The notes: generated by a model not told the origin, from the letters alone. DNA of 64,000 bases from Candidatus Neptunichlamydia sp. (GCA_965233865.1 OZ247587.1:1766389-1830388), one strand, 5' to 3'; shown: positions 51,360 to 62,108, counted from the stretch's first letter. Translations and numbers: made by a program.

Positions 51360-52790
51360 ATGAGCACATATAAGTATGTTAAAAAGCTGGAAGAGTTAAC
51401 CATTAACGATATGGAGCTCGTGGGAGGAAAGAACGCCTCGCTTGGGGAAATGCTTCAGATTCTTTCAAAGAAGGGGATACAGGTTCCTTCTGAGTTTGCA
51501 GTGACTGTAGAGTATAATGGTCCCAGAAATTCGAGCCACTTACTAAGCTAGTTTGCTCCCGATAAAAGGAGAAAAAAAATGGCAAAAACAAGAAAAAAAT
51601 ATTCTGCCGAATTTAAGCTAAAGGTGGTGTTCGAAGTTTTAAAAGGAGAGAAAACAGCGGGAGAGCTTGCTGAGAAATTTGAAGTTCACCCTTTAGTTCC
51701 TGGAGGGTGGAAAAGGCACTTTAAAGCCACTGCAGTTCAAATTTTTGAGAAAAGCAATAAGCGTTTGGTTAGCAAGGAAAAAGAGCAAGAAAAGGGAGAG
51801 TTATTTGAGCAAATTGGAAGGCTGAAAATGGAGCTGGAATGGCTTAAAAAAAGTACACGGCTTTGAGTTAGCTCTGAGAAAATCTCTTATAGATGCAGGT
51901 GATAGTGAGCTATCACAGAGAAAGCAATGCGAGCTTCTGGGATTAAATAGATCAACCCTATACTACGTTGAAATTATTTCTAGGGAAGCAGATTTAGACT
52001 TAATAAAAACAATTGATAAAGAATACCTTAGAAACCCATTTTATGGGAGACGTAGGATGACATTAGAAATGCGCGACTAAGCCTTTTTTGTTGGAGAAAA
52101 AAGAGTGAGAACTGCCATGAAAAGAATGGGATTGGAAGCGATTTATCCAAAGCCTAATTTGAGCAAGCTACATCAAGACCACAAGAAGTATCCATATCTG
52201 ATGAGGTCTGTAAAGGTAGACCGTTCTGACCAAGCGTGGGCTGCAGATATTACGTATATTCTGCTTCAAGGTGGATTTGCATATTTATTTGCAATTATTG
52301 ACTGGTACAGCCGATTTATCCTTGAACTGAATTTAACATCAGGGAAAACTAGCTTAATTTTTGCGAATTTTGGTCTTGACGTTTGGGACCACCATAAAGA
52401 GTACCGCTTTTTTATTGAAGAAAATGGTCTTACAAAAAAAATCGAGAAGGTTCTAGAAGCCTCCTCGAACCATTCGAAGTCTATTCAGAAAGTGGGAAAA
52501 ATAATCCGGAAGCTCATCCTAAAAGCTGATTTTTCAAGGGCTCTCAAAGATGAGATACTCGATTTCTCGCGATATGGGAGCTTTAACCGTCAGAAGCAGT
52601 GCAACGGTTGAAGATCTTCCCGATGCAAGCTTTACCTCCCCTTATTCACCGATCGAGAGATTATCTATCGTGAAGAGCAAGGATATTGCCACAAAGAGGT
52701 TGCTCTATCTGTGGGGTTCCAGAAAATGGTGCGATCTGATCTTGCTTCTTCTGGAGTGATGTTTACTGTTGATATCGAAACAGGAGCTGT
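51360..52790 (+). pseudogene. ppsA: Phosphoenolpyruvate synthase pseudogene, split by IS3 and internally deleted
   Basis: VGGKNASLGEM...VPSEFAVTVE before the IS; YRFFIEENGL...[15 protein letters not shown] and QKMVRSD...[12 protein letters not shown] fragments after it, with frameshifts. Confidence 0.85.
51513..52396 (+). mobile_element. Decayed IS3-family element inserted in ppsA
   Basis: Imperfect inverted repeats TATAATGGTCCCAGAA / TTTGGGACCACCATA; near-duplicated flanks TAGAG/AAGAG; orfA 51579-51866 (HTH) with AAAAAAAG frameshift motif; orfB has an internal TAA and is cut after WAADITY...IIDWYSRFIL. Confidence 0.88.
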
Positions 52791-52886
52791 GCGAATCCAG
52801 TCAAAAAAAATATTCGCTTAAGAAATTCATGTTTAGTACAATCTGTGTCATAGTATAAAAAAATTAAAAAATACCTGGTATTTTGC

Positions 52887-55800
52887 ATGATATGGCAACG
52901 CCTGTTTTTTTTATTCTTTCTCATTCCTGGTTTCGTCTATGGCCTTAATAAAAGCGAGTGTGACACCATTAGAGAGAATGCGGCCTCTCAGTGGAACCGA
53001 CATGAGGAGCTGATTCAGCAGTTTAATCAAGTGGGGCAAACCGAAGAAGGGCTTAAGCTTTTAAAAGAGTCACTTGCTTGCTGCAAGACAGCTCTTTCCT
53101 TCTTAGATGCTATCTTAAAAGATATTGCAGGCAAATCTAAAAAGCAGCGGAAAGAGATTTGGCGCGTCAATATAAAAAAGGCGTGTAAGAGAGACAAAAA
53201 GACAATTAGCCGTGAAATACCTGAACTCGAAAAGGGAATCAATACTGTTTTATCCTCGATCGCTTTTGATAAGTCTAAAGCTCTTTACGAAAAAAGCCTA
53301 GAAAAGGCAGAGGACGCAAACAGGAAAAAAGAAACATGTCCGGTTCGCACTCTTTCAAATACCCATGAAGTTGTCACTGTTTTGCAAGAAACTGCTGTCC
53401 TTTTTAGAGAAGCAGAAGCCTTTTGTCAAAAGGCGATTACTACTTTAACCGCAGCTCCCAAGTGCAGTGAAGCAAATAAAACTGTCCTTTTACAAACGCT
53501 TGAGACCTATAGTCAAGCAGCCAGCGCTCATGAAAAAGAAGCGCTAGAGTGGCCTGAAAAAGTATTAGCCCAGAAATCATCACTCCAAGAGCGACTAAAT
53601 GCTTTATTACAAGACTCCGAGCTTTTTGAAGAAAAAGGGTTAAAGCGCAACAGCTATGAACTTAAGACACAAATCCTTCCTATTTTAAAAACGTTGATCG
53701 AAAACAGCGAAGGAGAAGAAAAAAAGGCCTTTGAAAATAGACTTAAAGGATTGCAAAGTAGCATCACTCTTTTTGAAATCTCTGCAGATCAAAATAGGCT
53801 AACAGAAACAAATCTTTCACTATCTCCGGAAGAATTTAAGGCAAGGGAAGACGAAAGGCGAAACATTTTCTTTAAAAGCGATTTTGCGTCTGATCCAGCC
53901 CTCTTTTTTCAAAACTTCATCCATCAAACGCTAAAACCTGTTGTCATTGCTTTAGATGGCCCATTCGAAAAAGGGGCAAACGAATATGCTTTATATCTCG
54001 ATCAGTTCTACCGATTTCTATTGGAAACGGAAGATCCTATCAAAATGCTCACCATCAAAGTTTACAAGCAAAAAGATCTTGTCCACGAAGAGAAAATTTC
54101 CCTCCCTACCAAGGGCTCCCTAGCGTGGCACTCCTATTTACTAAAAGAAGGGTCCTTATTTATTCCCGAAGCAAGCCTTGAAAAAGAATTTGGACTGAAG
54201 CTCCACTTCAGCTATATCAGCGATCCAAAATGCCACTCACTTCTCCTTTCTCAAAAAGCAAGTGATCCCCAGTATCAATTTGCCTTTTCTATAGAAGGGA
54301 AAGATCCTCTTTATACATGCCACTTCCTTGCTCCACCTCCTTGGCAATTAGATGCTCTTCGTAGACCTAGAGCGCAAAACTCAAATCGCATTCCTTACAA
54401 AAATACCCACTTCTGCAGTTTTACTTCAAACCCTGAAGGGGGTAAACACCTAGAGGAAAGTTTTCCTACCCTTAATGAATTTGTCGAATCTCTCAAAAAA
54501 GATCCTCTAGCCCTTGCTGCCCACGTCCAAAATGAAATTGCTCTTGTTGAGCCTTATTGCAAACAAGAAGGAGGAGTTTTTCAGGCGCCTGGAATTCAGA
54601 GGAATGCTCTTAGGGTTTACTTAGAGGGGCAGGGTTCTCCTTGGGAACAATGTCAACTTCTCATCTATTTCCTCCGAAAAGCAGGGTATAGAGCCCTGTA
54701 TGCCATGGGAAACCCTTGTTCTCTTCCCAAAGAGATAATCGAAAACATGCTCCTCTGCTCCCTCTCCGAAGGAGAAGAAGAAGGGCATTTAAATTATCCT
54801 TGGGTTGTTTTCTTCGATGGAAATCAGTGGGTTTCTCTTTTTCCATGGCTGAAAGAGATTCAAATAAGCGAAGGCTTTGATGTCTATCACTTCTTGCCCG
54901 AAGAATTTGCAAGCGCAGATCGGTGGATTTTACGCTATCTAAAAGGGGACGAAAGGATTTTAAAGCACACCCATCCCGACGGAGATGACAGCGCAGCTAA
55001 GCTCTTCACCCTTTTTGCAGAGGAACACCTAAGAAAACAAGGCCTTTCCCTAGACGACGTTGGGATCCATTGCACTCAGCTGAAAAGGCAATTTGCTTCC
55101 TTCGAAGACTTTCCATCCCCAAGAATTGATGGAGAATTTAAGGTTTTTGATTTAGAAAAAAATTTAAACATTTTCGCAAAAGCGCATATCGAAATCTCTT
55201 CTCATGAGAACCCTGGAAAAAAAATCCATGCAACATTTCCTCTGACTTCCCTTAATTGTCAGGCCATTCCCCTATCTTTTAAGGAAAATCGCTTTCGTAT
55301 TCATGTTATAGGAGAAAAAAGTGAAAGAACCTTAATTCTAGACGAAACCGATCACTGTCTTGACATCAAAGTCAATCGTGATATTCAGGTCGGTACAAAG
55401 CTTTTTTCTTCAACCAAAGTACTCTCCTTAGGAAGAGGAGCAACCGCCGCTCTTTGCTTCCACTTTGGAGAGGAAACTCCAAAGCTGACAAACCTAGCAT
55501 TTGAAATATTCAACCAGGCAAAAGAGGATAAAAAACTTGAGGCCCTTCTTTCCTTTATGGGAGCAGCCTACTTTGAAAAATGTGGGAGGGGACATCATAG
55601 TTTAGCAAAACTTCATAAAGTGCGTCCAGCAGTTGACTTTGCTTTTGGCCTGTCTAAGCTCATTGAAGGGGGGCCTAACGCTGCACAAGCAAAGCTTCCT
55701 CAAGTCGATATGATGTTTCAGTGCGATTCTCATTCATTGTCCCTTAATCCTCACGCTCAAAGACCATTTGAAGCTCTAGCAATCGTTGACATTTCTTCTA

Positions 55801-58800
55801 ATGAACATCAAATTTTAAAAGATATTTTTTCAGATCTATCTGCCGTTTCAACTGTCAAGCTTCTCCAGCTTGCTCATAAATATAAACAAAAGGAAGAGAT
55901 TTCAGGAGAAGGATTTTTAGCTCTAGATGCAGAGATCCTTAAAGAAGTAGAAAAACAGCCAGAAGCCTCTCAAGCTCTTTATTTTCCCCATTTAAAAGAT
56001 CTTGATCTTCGCGCATTAAAAGAGTCGCCCCAATGGAACATTGCCCAAAACCTCCTTATGCAAGAAGACTTCTTCAGTCCCTTTGCCTATGTCTATATGA
56101 CTCCAGGTTTTGTGTATAGCCCAGATAAAACGTATAAAGAAATGGGAACATTCATTTTTCATCCAACAGTTGGACATGCTTTAATCTCTTCTAATACACT
56201 TTTGCTAAATGGAGGCCTCGGATCCCCACTCCCAAAGTATTATTTTAGTCCTTCGGTGATTCAAGAGTGGCAGCTAACCCCCACGAATCATAGCTATAAA
56301 CTCGAAGTCCCAAGCCCATTTGATACAGTTGTCCCATTGCTTCTGCCAAAACCTCTTCCAGAAAAAACAACCTGGGAGAGCGATGTGCGGATTGAACATA
56401 AGTCTCTGTGGAACTCCGTTGCTGACCCGATAGATATTGTATCAGGCAGTTTTACTATTGACGAAACCGATCTCATCCTTCCAGGTCCCTTCCCCTTGGA
56501 AATACGGCGCAATTACAATAGCCAAAACCCTCTAATGGGAGAGCTTGGAGCAGGCTGGAAACTGAGCTTAAATCCTTTCCTTGTCAAACAGGACGGAAAA
56601 CTTTTTGCAGCTGAAGTAGACGGCACAATCATTTGCTATAGCTATTGTCCTTCAACTTCAAGATGGGAAGTCTTTCCAGAAGACAACCCTGACCTTTGCA
56701 ATTTTAACCAGAACGGAATCGGCAGTAGCGCAAACCCTTTCCATTCCTACATTGAAAATGACATCCTTTATGGGGCCGATGGTTCCAAAAGGTTTTTCAA
56801 AGAAGATCTCCTTCAAAAGTGGGTGAATGCTAGAGGAGCTATTCTTACGTTTTTCTATCGCGGAGACCAACTGGCTCGTATTGAAAGCTCTCATGGAGCG
56901 TTTTTATACTTTGAGTACACCCACGAAGGAAAAATCTCTGAAATCTATGCCAAAGATGGAAGGAGAATTTCTTACAGCTATAATTCTCAGAGAGATCTCA
57001 TAAAAGTGACCCTTCCGAGTGATGCAACCATCACCTATGAATACGATCATGCGCAGCGCCTCTTTCGAGAAACAAAACCTTTAGGACAAGTCTTAGAAAA
57101 TGTTTATGACACCCAAGGAAGGGTAGTAGAGCAAAGATCTCCCATGGGGCCTCGCCAAGAGCTCATTCCCACAGCCACTTTTGAGTACCAAGATGATACT
57201 ACTACTGTTACAGATGCAGCAGGCGGAAAAACAATCTATAAAATTTTCCAAAAACAAATCTATAAAATTATCGATCCCCTTGGGGCAATAACGTTTCAAT
57301 CTTGGTTCATCGACGAAGAGTCCTACTTTGATGCCAAAACAGAGCAAGTTCTTTCCTGGAATGGGCCCGGAGCTTTCCCCAAAAGCCTTCAGAAGGCCGT
57401 TGATAAGCGGGGGCTTACAACAATTTACTCTTATGATATAAAAGGGAATCCTATAGAGATTGCTCTCCATGGAAAGGACCTTACAGGAGATGGCCAAACA
57501 TCTATCCTTAAAAAGCTGAGCTACAATAATAACAACCTTTGTATTCAAGAAGAAGTCTTAAACGAAAAAACTTTGACAACTTACGACAAAGACTTTCCCC
57601 ACTTGCCAAAAAAAATCGAAGAACATAGTGACAATGCTCTGATTTCCACCATCGAATTAAAATACAACGCCTTTGGCCAACTTGAAAAAGAAGACAATAA
57701 TGGAGCCATTATCCTTTGGGAGTACGATGGAAGAGGATTCCCTATTCAAAAGACCCAAATTACAGGAACAGAAGATCACGATGTTGTGACAAAATACGCC
57801 CATAATAACCAAGGGCAGTGCATCAAAATCATCCAAACAGATGCGGCGTACGAAAACATGTATGATATCATGGGCAACCTCATTGAAACCCAAACCCTTT
57901 CTCCTTCAAGAGAGCGTCTCTCTGCAAATAGCATCGGTTATAATCTCAATAATCAGCCCATATGGGAGCAAACCGCGAATTCAAAAAATATCACCTATTT
58001 CGACTATCACGCCTCAGGGCAGATCAAAGCTAAAAGACAACAACTCGCTCCTAGCCAGAAAGTGGCTTATACTCTTTATGAGTATGACTCTCGGGGATAC
58101 CTCATCGAAGAGGTTGATCCACTAGGCTATACAACCTACAGAGAGTATGACGCTTTAGGAAATGTCCTCTCTGAGACAAAAGAAGGTCATACAACACAAT
58201 TCACTTACGAGGCTGGAGGATTTCTTGAAACGATTAAGGCTCCAACAGGCGCCAAAACAACGAGACTTTATACTACAAATGGCCTCCTCAAAGAAGAAAT
58301 TTACCCCGATGGAACCAAAACCTCCATCATTTATGACCTTTTTTCTCGTCCCATTCTAGAAACCAGAAACGGCATCACTTGGGAAATCCAACATGACAGA
58401 GCGAATCGCATGATTACTTGGAAGAATAGTGATACAGGCGAAACAGAAATCAAACAATACGACTTAAGAGGCAACCTCACTTTTTTAACAGACCGAGCGG
58501 GCTTTACCTGGAAAAAAAACTACGATGGACTCGGCCGTCTCAAAACAGAAGTCACTCCCAAGGGAGAAGAGACGACATACAACTATGTCCATAATACAGT
58601 CATTTGCAATCTCCCGAGTGGAGAAACCACCATCACTACCTACAAAGGGGGGCATGTTGGTGCGCAAGAAACATACGATGCTCAAAATCATCTGATTCGC
58701 TCATCATACTACTCCTACAATCCAGAAGAAGACATGCAGAAAACCATCCAAGGAGATGCCCTAGAGACCCTCACTTGGATGAACGCTCTTGGAAAGCCGA

Positions 58801-61265
58801 TTAAAATCAAAAAAGGAAATATCATTGAGACGTTTGAATATGATGCATGCGGCAACTGCACCTCCATCATGGATAACAAAGGACAAGTGACACGTCAAAC
58901 ATTTGATGGACTCGGTCGTATCACTCAAAAAGCACTTTCCGATGGGACGTTGCTCACCTTTGGCTATGACCTTGATTCCAATTTAACAACACTGCAGCTT
59001 CCAAATGGGAATATTTGGAAAGCCTCTTATGACTCCATGGGAAGAGAAATCTCAGAACAAATGGAGTCAGGGAGAGAAAGCATAGGGGAGTGGGAATACA
59101 CTTACGTAGATGGGTTTCTTAAAACAACCAAAGATCCCCTAGGTCGCATTCGTGAATATACCTATGATCCCCATGGCTGGCTGATCCAAGAAGCTGTTGA
59201 TGGATGGCAAAGAAACTATACCTATGATCCAAGAGGACTTCTTCTTTCCGCTGAGCAAGTCGGCTCTCAAAGCCTTTCTTGGCTTTCAAGTTGGTTTTAT
59301 ACCCCCCGAGAAGAGCATTCTCTCGTCGAGCGCACTTATGATGCCGATGGCCATCTTACATACGAATCCATTTCTCTCAATTCTAGCCTAGTCCAAGAAA
59401 CCCACCAAGAATGGGGATCTCGAATGCGATCGCTACAAATTGGAGATCATGAGCGCACATTTGTCTATCAAAACAATAGAATTGCTGCAGTCACTTCTGG
59501 AAGAACGCACTTGACCTATACCTATGATCAAAGCGGCGCATTAAAAAGCAAAGAAACAGCGCTTTCAACTATAGCCACACACTATAACTCTTCTGGACTT
59601 CCCGAAATCATTTCAGCCTATCTACTGAGTGGCTTACTCCAAGAAACCCTAGGGTGGAATGCATCAGGAAAGCTAACCTCTTACCATTCTCCCTTGATTC
59701 AAAAACAGTTCACTTACACGCCGCGAGGACACTTGCAATCAGCAGGGACAGAAAGCTACACATTTGATTTTGGAAGTGCTGGAACAGGGATCCGAACAGC
59801 AGCACAAAACAACCAAATCCCCCACGATGGTCTAGATTCCTTTGGTAGAGTGATTGCAGAAATCACAGATAAATATTCCCTAAGAACAAACTATGACTCC
59901 TTGGGACAAGTCGTCTCTCAAGGACAAAGGCAGTTCGAATGGGACCCATGGGGACGCCTTCTCAAGGTTACCGACCCTAAAATGACCTGGGAAGCCTCCT
60001 ACGACGCATTAGGAAGAAGACTTCAAACACGCTATACCCCAGCAAATAGCTTTTGCGTCTCTACAACTTCTCTTTATGACCCTGAAGAAGAATTCCAAGA
60101 AATCGGCGTTCAAATAGGGAATAAAACCTACTGGAAACTCTATGGACCAGGCTCTTGTGATGCCCTCATTGATGAAACAGGGGCCTCCGCCTTCCTCATG
60201 CATAATGCCCTAAACGAATTGACCGCAATCATCACCGAGGAAGGGACGCAGTATGTTCCCCAGGCTTGCTCATCCTACGGTCCCCAAACTCCGCCATTTA
60301 TTCCAAGAGACCTCCTCTCCTATGCGCAGTCCCTTTCCTGGCATAGCAAATCCCAAGATCCCACAGGACTCATCCTCATGGGAAAAAGGTATTATGACCT
60401 CAAAGTGGGAAGGTTTATCAGCACCGATCCCATTGGATATCCCCTATGCATGGACCTCTATTCCTATACAAATGGCGACCCCATCAATTACATCGACTTA
60501 GATGGGCGTTTTGCCTCTTTTGCCTATCAAAAAACCTCAGTAGTTGGCATTTCAAATACCCTCGCTTCCCTATCTGCAGATTATGGGATTGGGAATTCAG
60601 GAGCTTTTCAAGTCGGCTCTTTTGACCTTCAAAATGGTGCCATAGGATTTATCAATGGAATTCAAAACTCAAGATCAGATTCATTAGAAAGTGCCTACAA
60701 CTTAAGTCAATATGCCCAAGGTGCCAAGATTTATGGAACCTATAATGCATCGAATTTATCAGGACCACTCGCAAGGACCCTAACAGGAATGTCCAATAAA
60801 CTCCTTTCATTTGGTGCCGACGTCGCTGAATGCGCCATGGGACATGCAGGGTTCCACACACCTCCTGTTAGGCACTTAAGAAATCAATGGACTCGCTTTA
60901 TTTTGACACATGGGCCGGAAGCAAGGTTTCTCCAAATCTGCCATAGTGGAGGAGCGGATCATGTGAAGAATGCTCTTATCGCTTCTTCAGAATCGGTTCG
61001 CCAAAGAATTATTGTCCTGGCGATTAATCCCTCTGTCATTATCCCAAAAAGCTTGTGTTTCCAATCTGATAATTATATGAGTAGACGGGATTTTGTTACC
61101 CGTCTTGACATCATAGGGAGGCTCAAATATGGAAATGAACTTCATATACTAGAACCTCACCCCAACGCTAAATTATGGGATCACGATTTTGCAAGCCCTA
61201 CTTTTTCAGAGACAATAAACCGTCATATTAAAGAATATATAGAAAATTATGGAGGTATAAAATGA
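52887..61265 (+). CDS. Rhs/YD-repeat polymorphic toxin with signal peptide and alpha/beta-hydrolase C-terminal domain
   Basis: Signal peptide; DUF6531-like DPIDIVSGSFTIDETDLILPG; many YD repeats; Rhs core GKRYYDLKVGRFISTDPIG...YTNGDPINYIDLDG; C-terminal domain with FINGIQNS, CHSGG, RRDFV, WDHDF. Confidence 0.9.
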   Translation: MIWQRLFFLFFLIPGFVYGLNKSECDTIRENAASQWNRHEELIQQFNQVGQTEEGLKLLKESLACCKTALSFLDAILKDIAGKSKKQRKEIWRVNIKKACKRDKKTISREIPELEKGINTVLSSIAFDKSKALYEKSLEKAEDANRKKETCPVRTLSNTHEVVTVLQETAVLFREAEAFCQKAITTLTAAPKCSEANKTVLLQTLETYSQAASAHEKEALEWPEKVLAQKSSLQERLNALLQDSELFEEKGLKRNSYELKTQILPILKTLIENSEGEEKKAFENRLKGLQSSITLFEISADQNRLTETNLSLSPEEFKAREDERRNIFFKSDFASDPALFFQNFIHQTLKPVVIALDGPFEKGANEYALYLDQFYRFLLETEDPIKMLTIKVYKQKDLVHEEKISLPTKGSLAWHSYLLKEGSLFIPEASLEKEFGLKLHFSYISDPKCHSLLLSQKASDPQYQFAFSIEGKDPLYTCHFLAPPPWQLDALRRPRAQNSNRIPYKNTHFCSFTSNPEGGKHLEESFPTLNEFVESLKKDPLALAAHVQNEIALVEPYCKQEGGVFQAPGIQRNALRVYLEGQGSPWEQCQLLIYFLRKAGYRALYAMGNPCSLPKEIIENMLLCSLSEGEEEGHLNYPWVVFFDGNQWVSLFPWLKEIQISEGFDVYHFLPEEFASADRWILRYLKGDERILKHTHPDGDDSAAKLFTLFAEEHLRKQGLSLDDVGIHCTQLKRQFASFEDFPSPRIDGEFKVFDLEKNLNIFAKAHIEISSHENPGKKIHATFPLTSLNCQAIPLSFKENRFRIHVIGEKSERTLILDETDHCLDIKVNRDIQVGTKLFSSTKVLSLGRGATAALCFHFGEETPKLTNLAFEIFNQAKEDKKLEALLSFMGAAYFEKCGRGHHSLAKLHKVRPAVDFAFGLSKLIEGGPNAAQAKLPQVDMMFQCDSHSLSLNPHAQRPFEALAIVDISSNEHQILKDIFSDLSAVSTVKLLQLAHKYKQKEEISGEGFLALDAEILKEVEKQPEASQALYFPHLKDLDLRALKESPQWNIAQNLLMQEDFFSPFAYVYMTPGFVYSPDKTYKEMGTFIFHPTVGHALISSNTLLLNGGLGSPLPKYYFSPSVIQEWQLTPTNHSYKLEVPSPFDTVVPLLLPKPLPEKTTWESDVRIEHKSLWNSVADPIDIVSGSFTIDETDLILPGPFPLEIRRNYNSQNPLMGELGAGWKLSLNPFLVKQDGKLFAAEVDGTIICYSYCPSTSRWEVFPEDNPDLCNFNQNGIGSSANPFHSYIENDILYGADGSKRFFKEDLLQKWVNARGAILTFFYRGDQLARIESSHGAFLYFEYTHEGKISEIYAKDGRRISYSYNSQRDLIKVTLPSDATITYEYDHAQRLFRETKPLGQVLENVYDTQGRVVEQRSPMGPRQELIPTATFEYQDDTTTVTDAAGGKTIYKIFQKQIYKIIDPLGAITFQSWFIDEESYFDAKTEQVLSWNGPGAFPKSLQKAVDKRGLTTIYSYDIKGNPIEIALHGKDLTGDGQTSILKKLSYNNNNLCIQEEVLNEKTLTTYDKDFPHLPKKIEEHSDNALISTIELKYNAFGQLEKEDNNGAIILWEYDGRGFPIQKTQITGTEDHDVVTKYAHNNQGQCIKIIQTDAAYENMYDIMGNLIETQTLSPSRERLSANSIGYNLNNQPIWEQTANSKNITYFDYHASGQIKAKRQQLAPSQKVAYTLYEYDSRGYLIEEVDPLGYTTYREYDALGNVLSETKEGHTTQFTYEAGGFLETIKAPTGAKTTRLYTTNGLLKEEIYPDGTKTSIIYDLFSRPILETRNGITWEIQHDRANRMITWKNSDTGETEIKQYDLRGNLTFLTDRAGFTWKKNYDGLGRLKTEVTPKGEETTYNYVHNTVICNLPSGETTITTYKGGHVGAQETYDAQNHLIRSSYYSYNPEEDMQKTIQGDALETLTWMNALGKPIKIKKGNIIETFEYDACGNCTSIMDNKGQVTRQTFDGLGRITQKALSDGTLLTFGYDLDSNLTTLQLPNGNIWKASYDSMGREISEQMESGRESIGEWEYTYVDGFLKTTKDPLGRIREYTYDPHGWLIQEAVDGWQRNYTYDPRGLLLSAEQVGSQSLSWLSSWFYTPREEHSLVERTYDADGHLTYESISLNSSLVQETHQEWGSRMRSLQIGDHERTFVYQNNRIAAVTSGRTHLTYTYDQSGALKSKETALSTIATHYNSSGLPEIISAYLLSGLLQETLGWNASGKLTSYHSPLIQKQFTYTPRGHLQSAGTESYTFDFGSAGTGIRTAAQNNQIPHDGLDSFGRVIAEITDKYSLRTNYDSLGQVVSQGQRQFEWDPWGRLLKVTDPKMTWEASYDALGRRLQTRYTPANSFCVSTTSLYDPEEEFQEIGVQIGNKTYWKLYGPGSCDALIDETGASAFLMHNALNELTAIITEEGTQYVPQACSSYGPQTPPFIPRDLLSYAQSLSWHSKSQDPTGLILMGKRYYDLKVGRFISTDPIGYPLCMDLYSYTNGDPINYIDLDGRFASFAYQKTSVVGISNTLASLSADYGIGNSGAFQVGSFDLQNGAIGFINGIQNSRSDSLESAYNLSQYAQGAKIYGTYNASNLSGPLARTLTGMSNKLLSFGADVAECAMGHAGFHTPPVRHLRNQWTRFILTHGPEARFLQICHSGGADHVKNALIASSESVRQRIIVLAINPSVIIPKSLCFQSDNYMSRRDFVTRLDIIGRLKYGNELHILEPHPNAKLWDHDFASPTFSETINRHIKEYIENYGGIK

Positions 61266-61789
61266 AACTAATTTTTAATTTTGGAGTGATAATTACTATC
61301 CTAGCTTTTATTTTTGGCTGTTCTTCTTTCAGCTATCAATTACCGCATTATGAAAAGATAGCGGATGCGATCACAGCAAATACCGCTAAGAAATTAGAGG
61401 AGCAAAAGAAGCTTTATCTTATAGGAACAGGAGGCAGGATGATGCACGATATTCAAGCGATGCACATGAGCTTCCAGTTTTTTCATGAAGTAGATCTCGA
61501 GGAAGCAAGAGAGCTGATTGTTTATGCTCTTAGAGAATATTTATCTGATATTAATAACAATGAGGAAGTTAGACCTTACCTTCACAACTATCCTTTCACT
61601 GCTAAAAATGTAGAAATAAGAATATTCATTTCTGGCCCAGATAGGCATGAGCTCCCTCCAGAAAAAATCGTCTACGTTTCATCTCGTAATGGCATATTAA
61701 GATATTACATTCGTGCAGATGATGATCACCCCATTCATCAAGAGACATACGAAGAGGCTTCAAGCAAATTTTTTGCAAATCTGCCATAG
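61262..61789 (+). CDS. Putative cognate immunity lipoprotein 1
   Basis: ATGA overlap with toxin stop; lipobox-like AFIFGC; paralogous to downstream small genes. Confidence 0.75.
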   Translation: MKLIFNFGVIITILAFIFGCSSFSYQLPHYEKIADAITANTAKKLEEQKKLYLIGTGGRMMHDIQAMHMSFQFFHEVDLEEARELIVYALREYLSDINNNEEVRPYLHNYPFTAKNVEIRIFISGPDRHELPPEKIVYVSSRNGILRYYIRADDDHPIHQETYEEASSKFFANLP

Positions 61790-62108
61790 TGGAGGAGCTG
61801 ACCATGTGAAGAATGCTCTTATCGCTTCTCTAGAATCTGTGCACCAAAGAATTATTGTCCTGGCGATTAATCCCTCTGTCATTATTCCAGAAGAATTATG
61901 CTTTCGGTCTAATAACTACATGAGCAGACGGGATTTTGTCACACGTCTTGACATCATAGGGAGATTCAAACATGGAAGTGAACTTCATATATTGCAGCCT
62001 CATCCCAACGCTAAATTATGGGATCATGAATTTGCAAGCCCTACTTTTTCAGAGACAATAGAGCGTCATATTAAAAACTATATAAAAAAATATGGAGATA
62101 CAGAATGA
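61762..62108 (+). pseudogene. Orphan toxin C-terminal cassette 2 (from the CHSGG motif)
   Basis: Homologous to the toxin tip from FLQICHSGG to stop; no independent start. Confidence 0.85.

Noticed and set aside
61713..61761. ORF-track N-termini MQMMITPFIKRHTKRL (also at 62556) and MTKQSRLFLL (63444) as real toxin starts
   Set aside because: They are alternative-frame readings of the immunity genes upstream of the fusion junctions.
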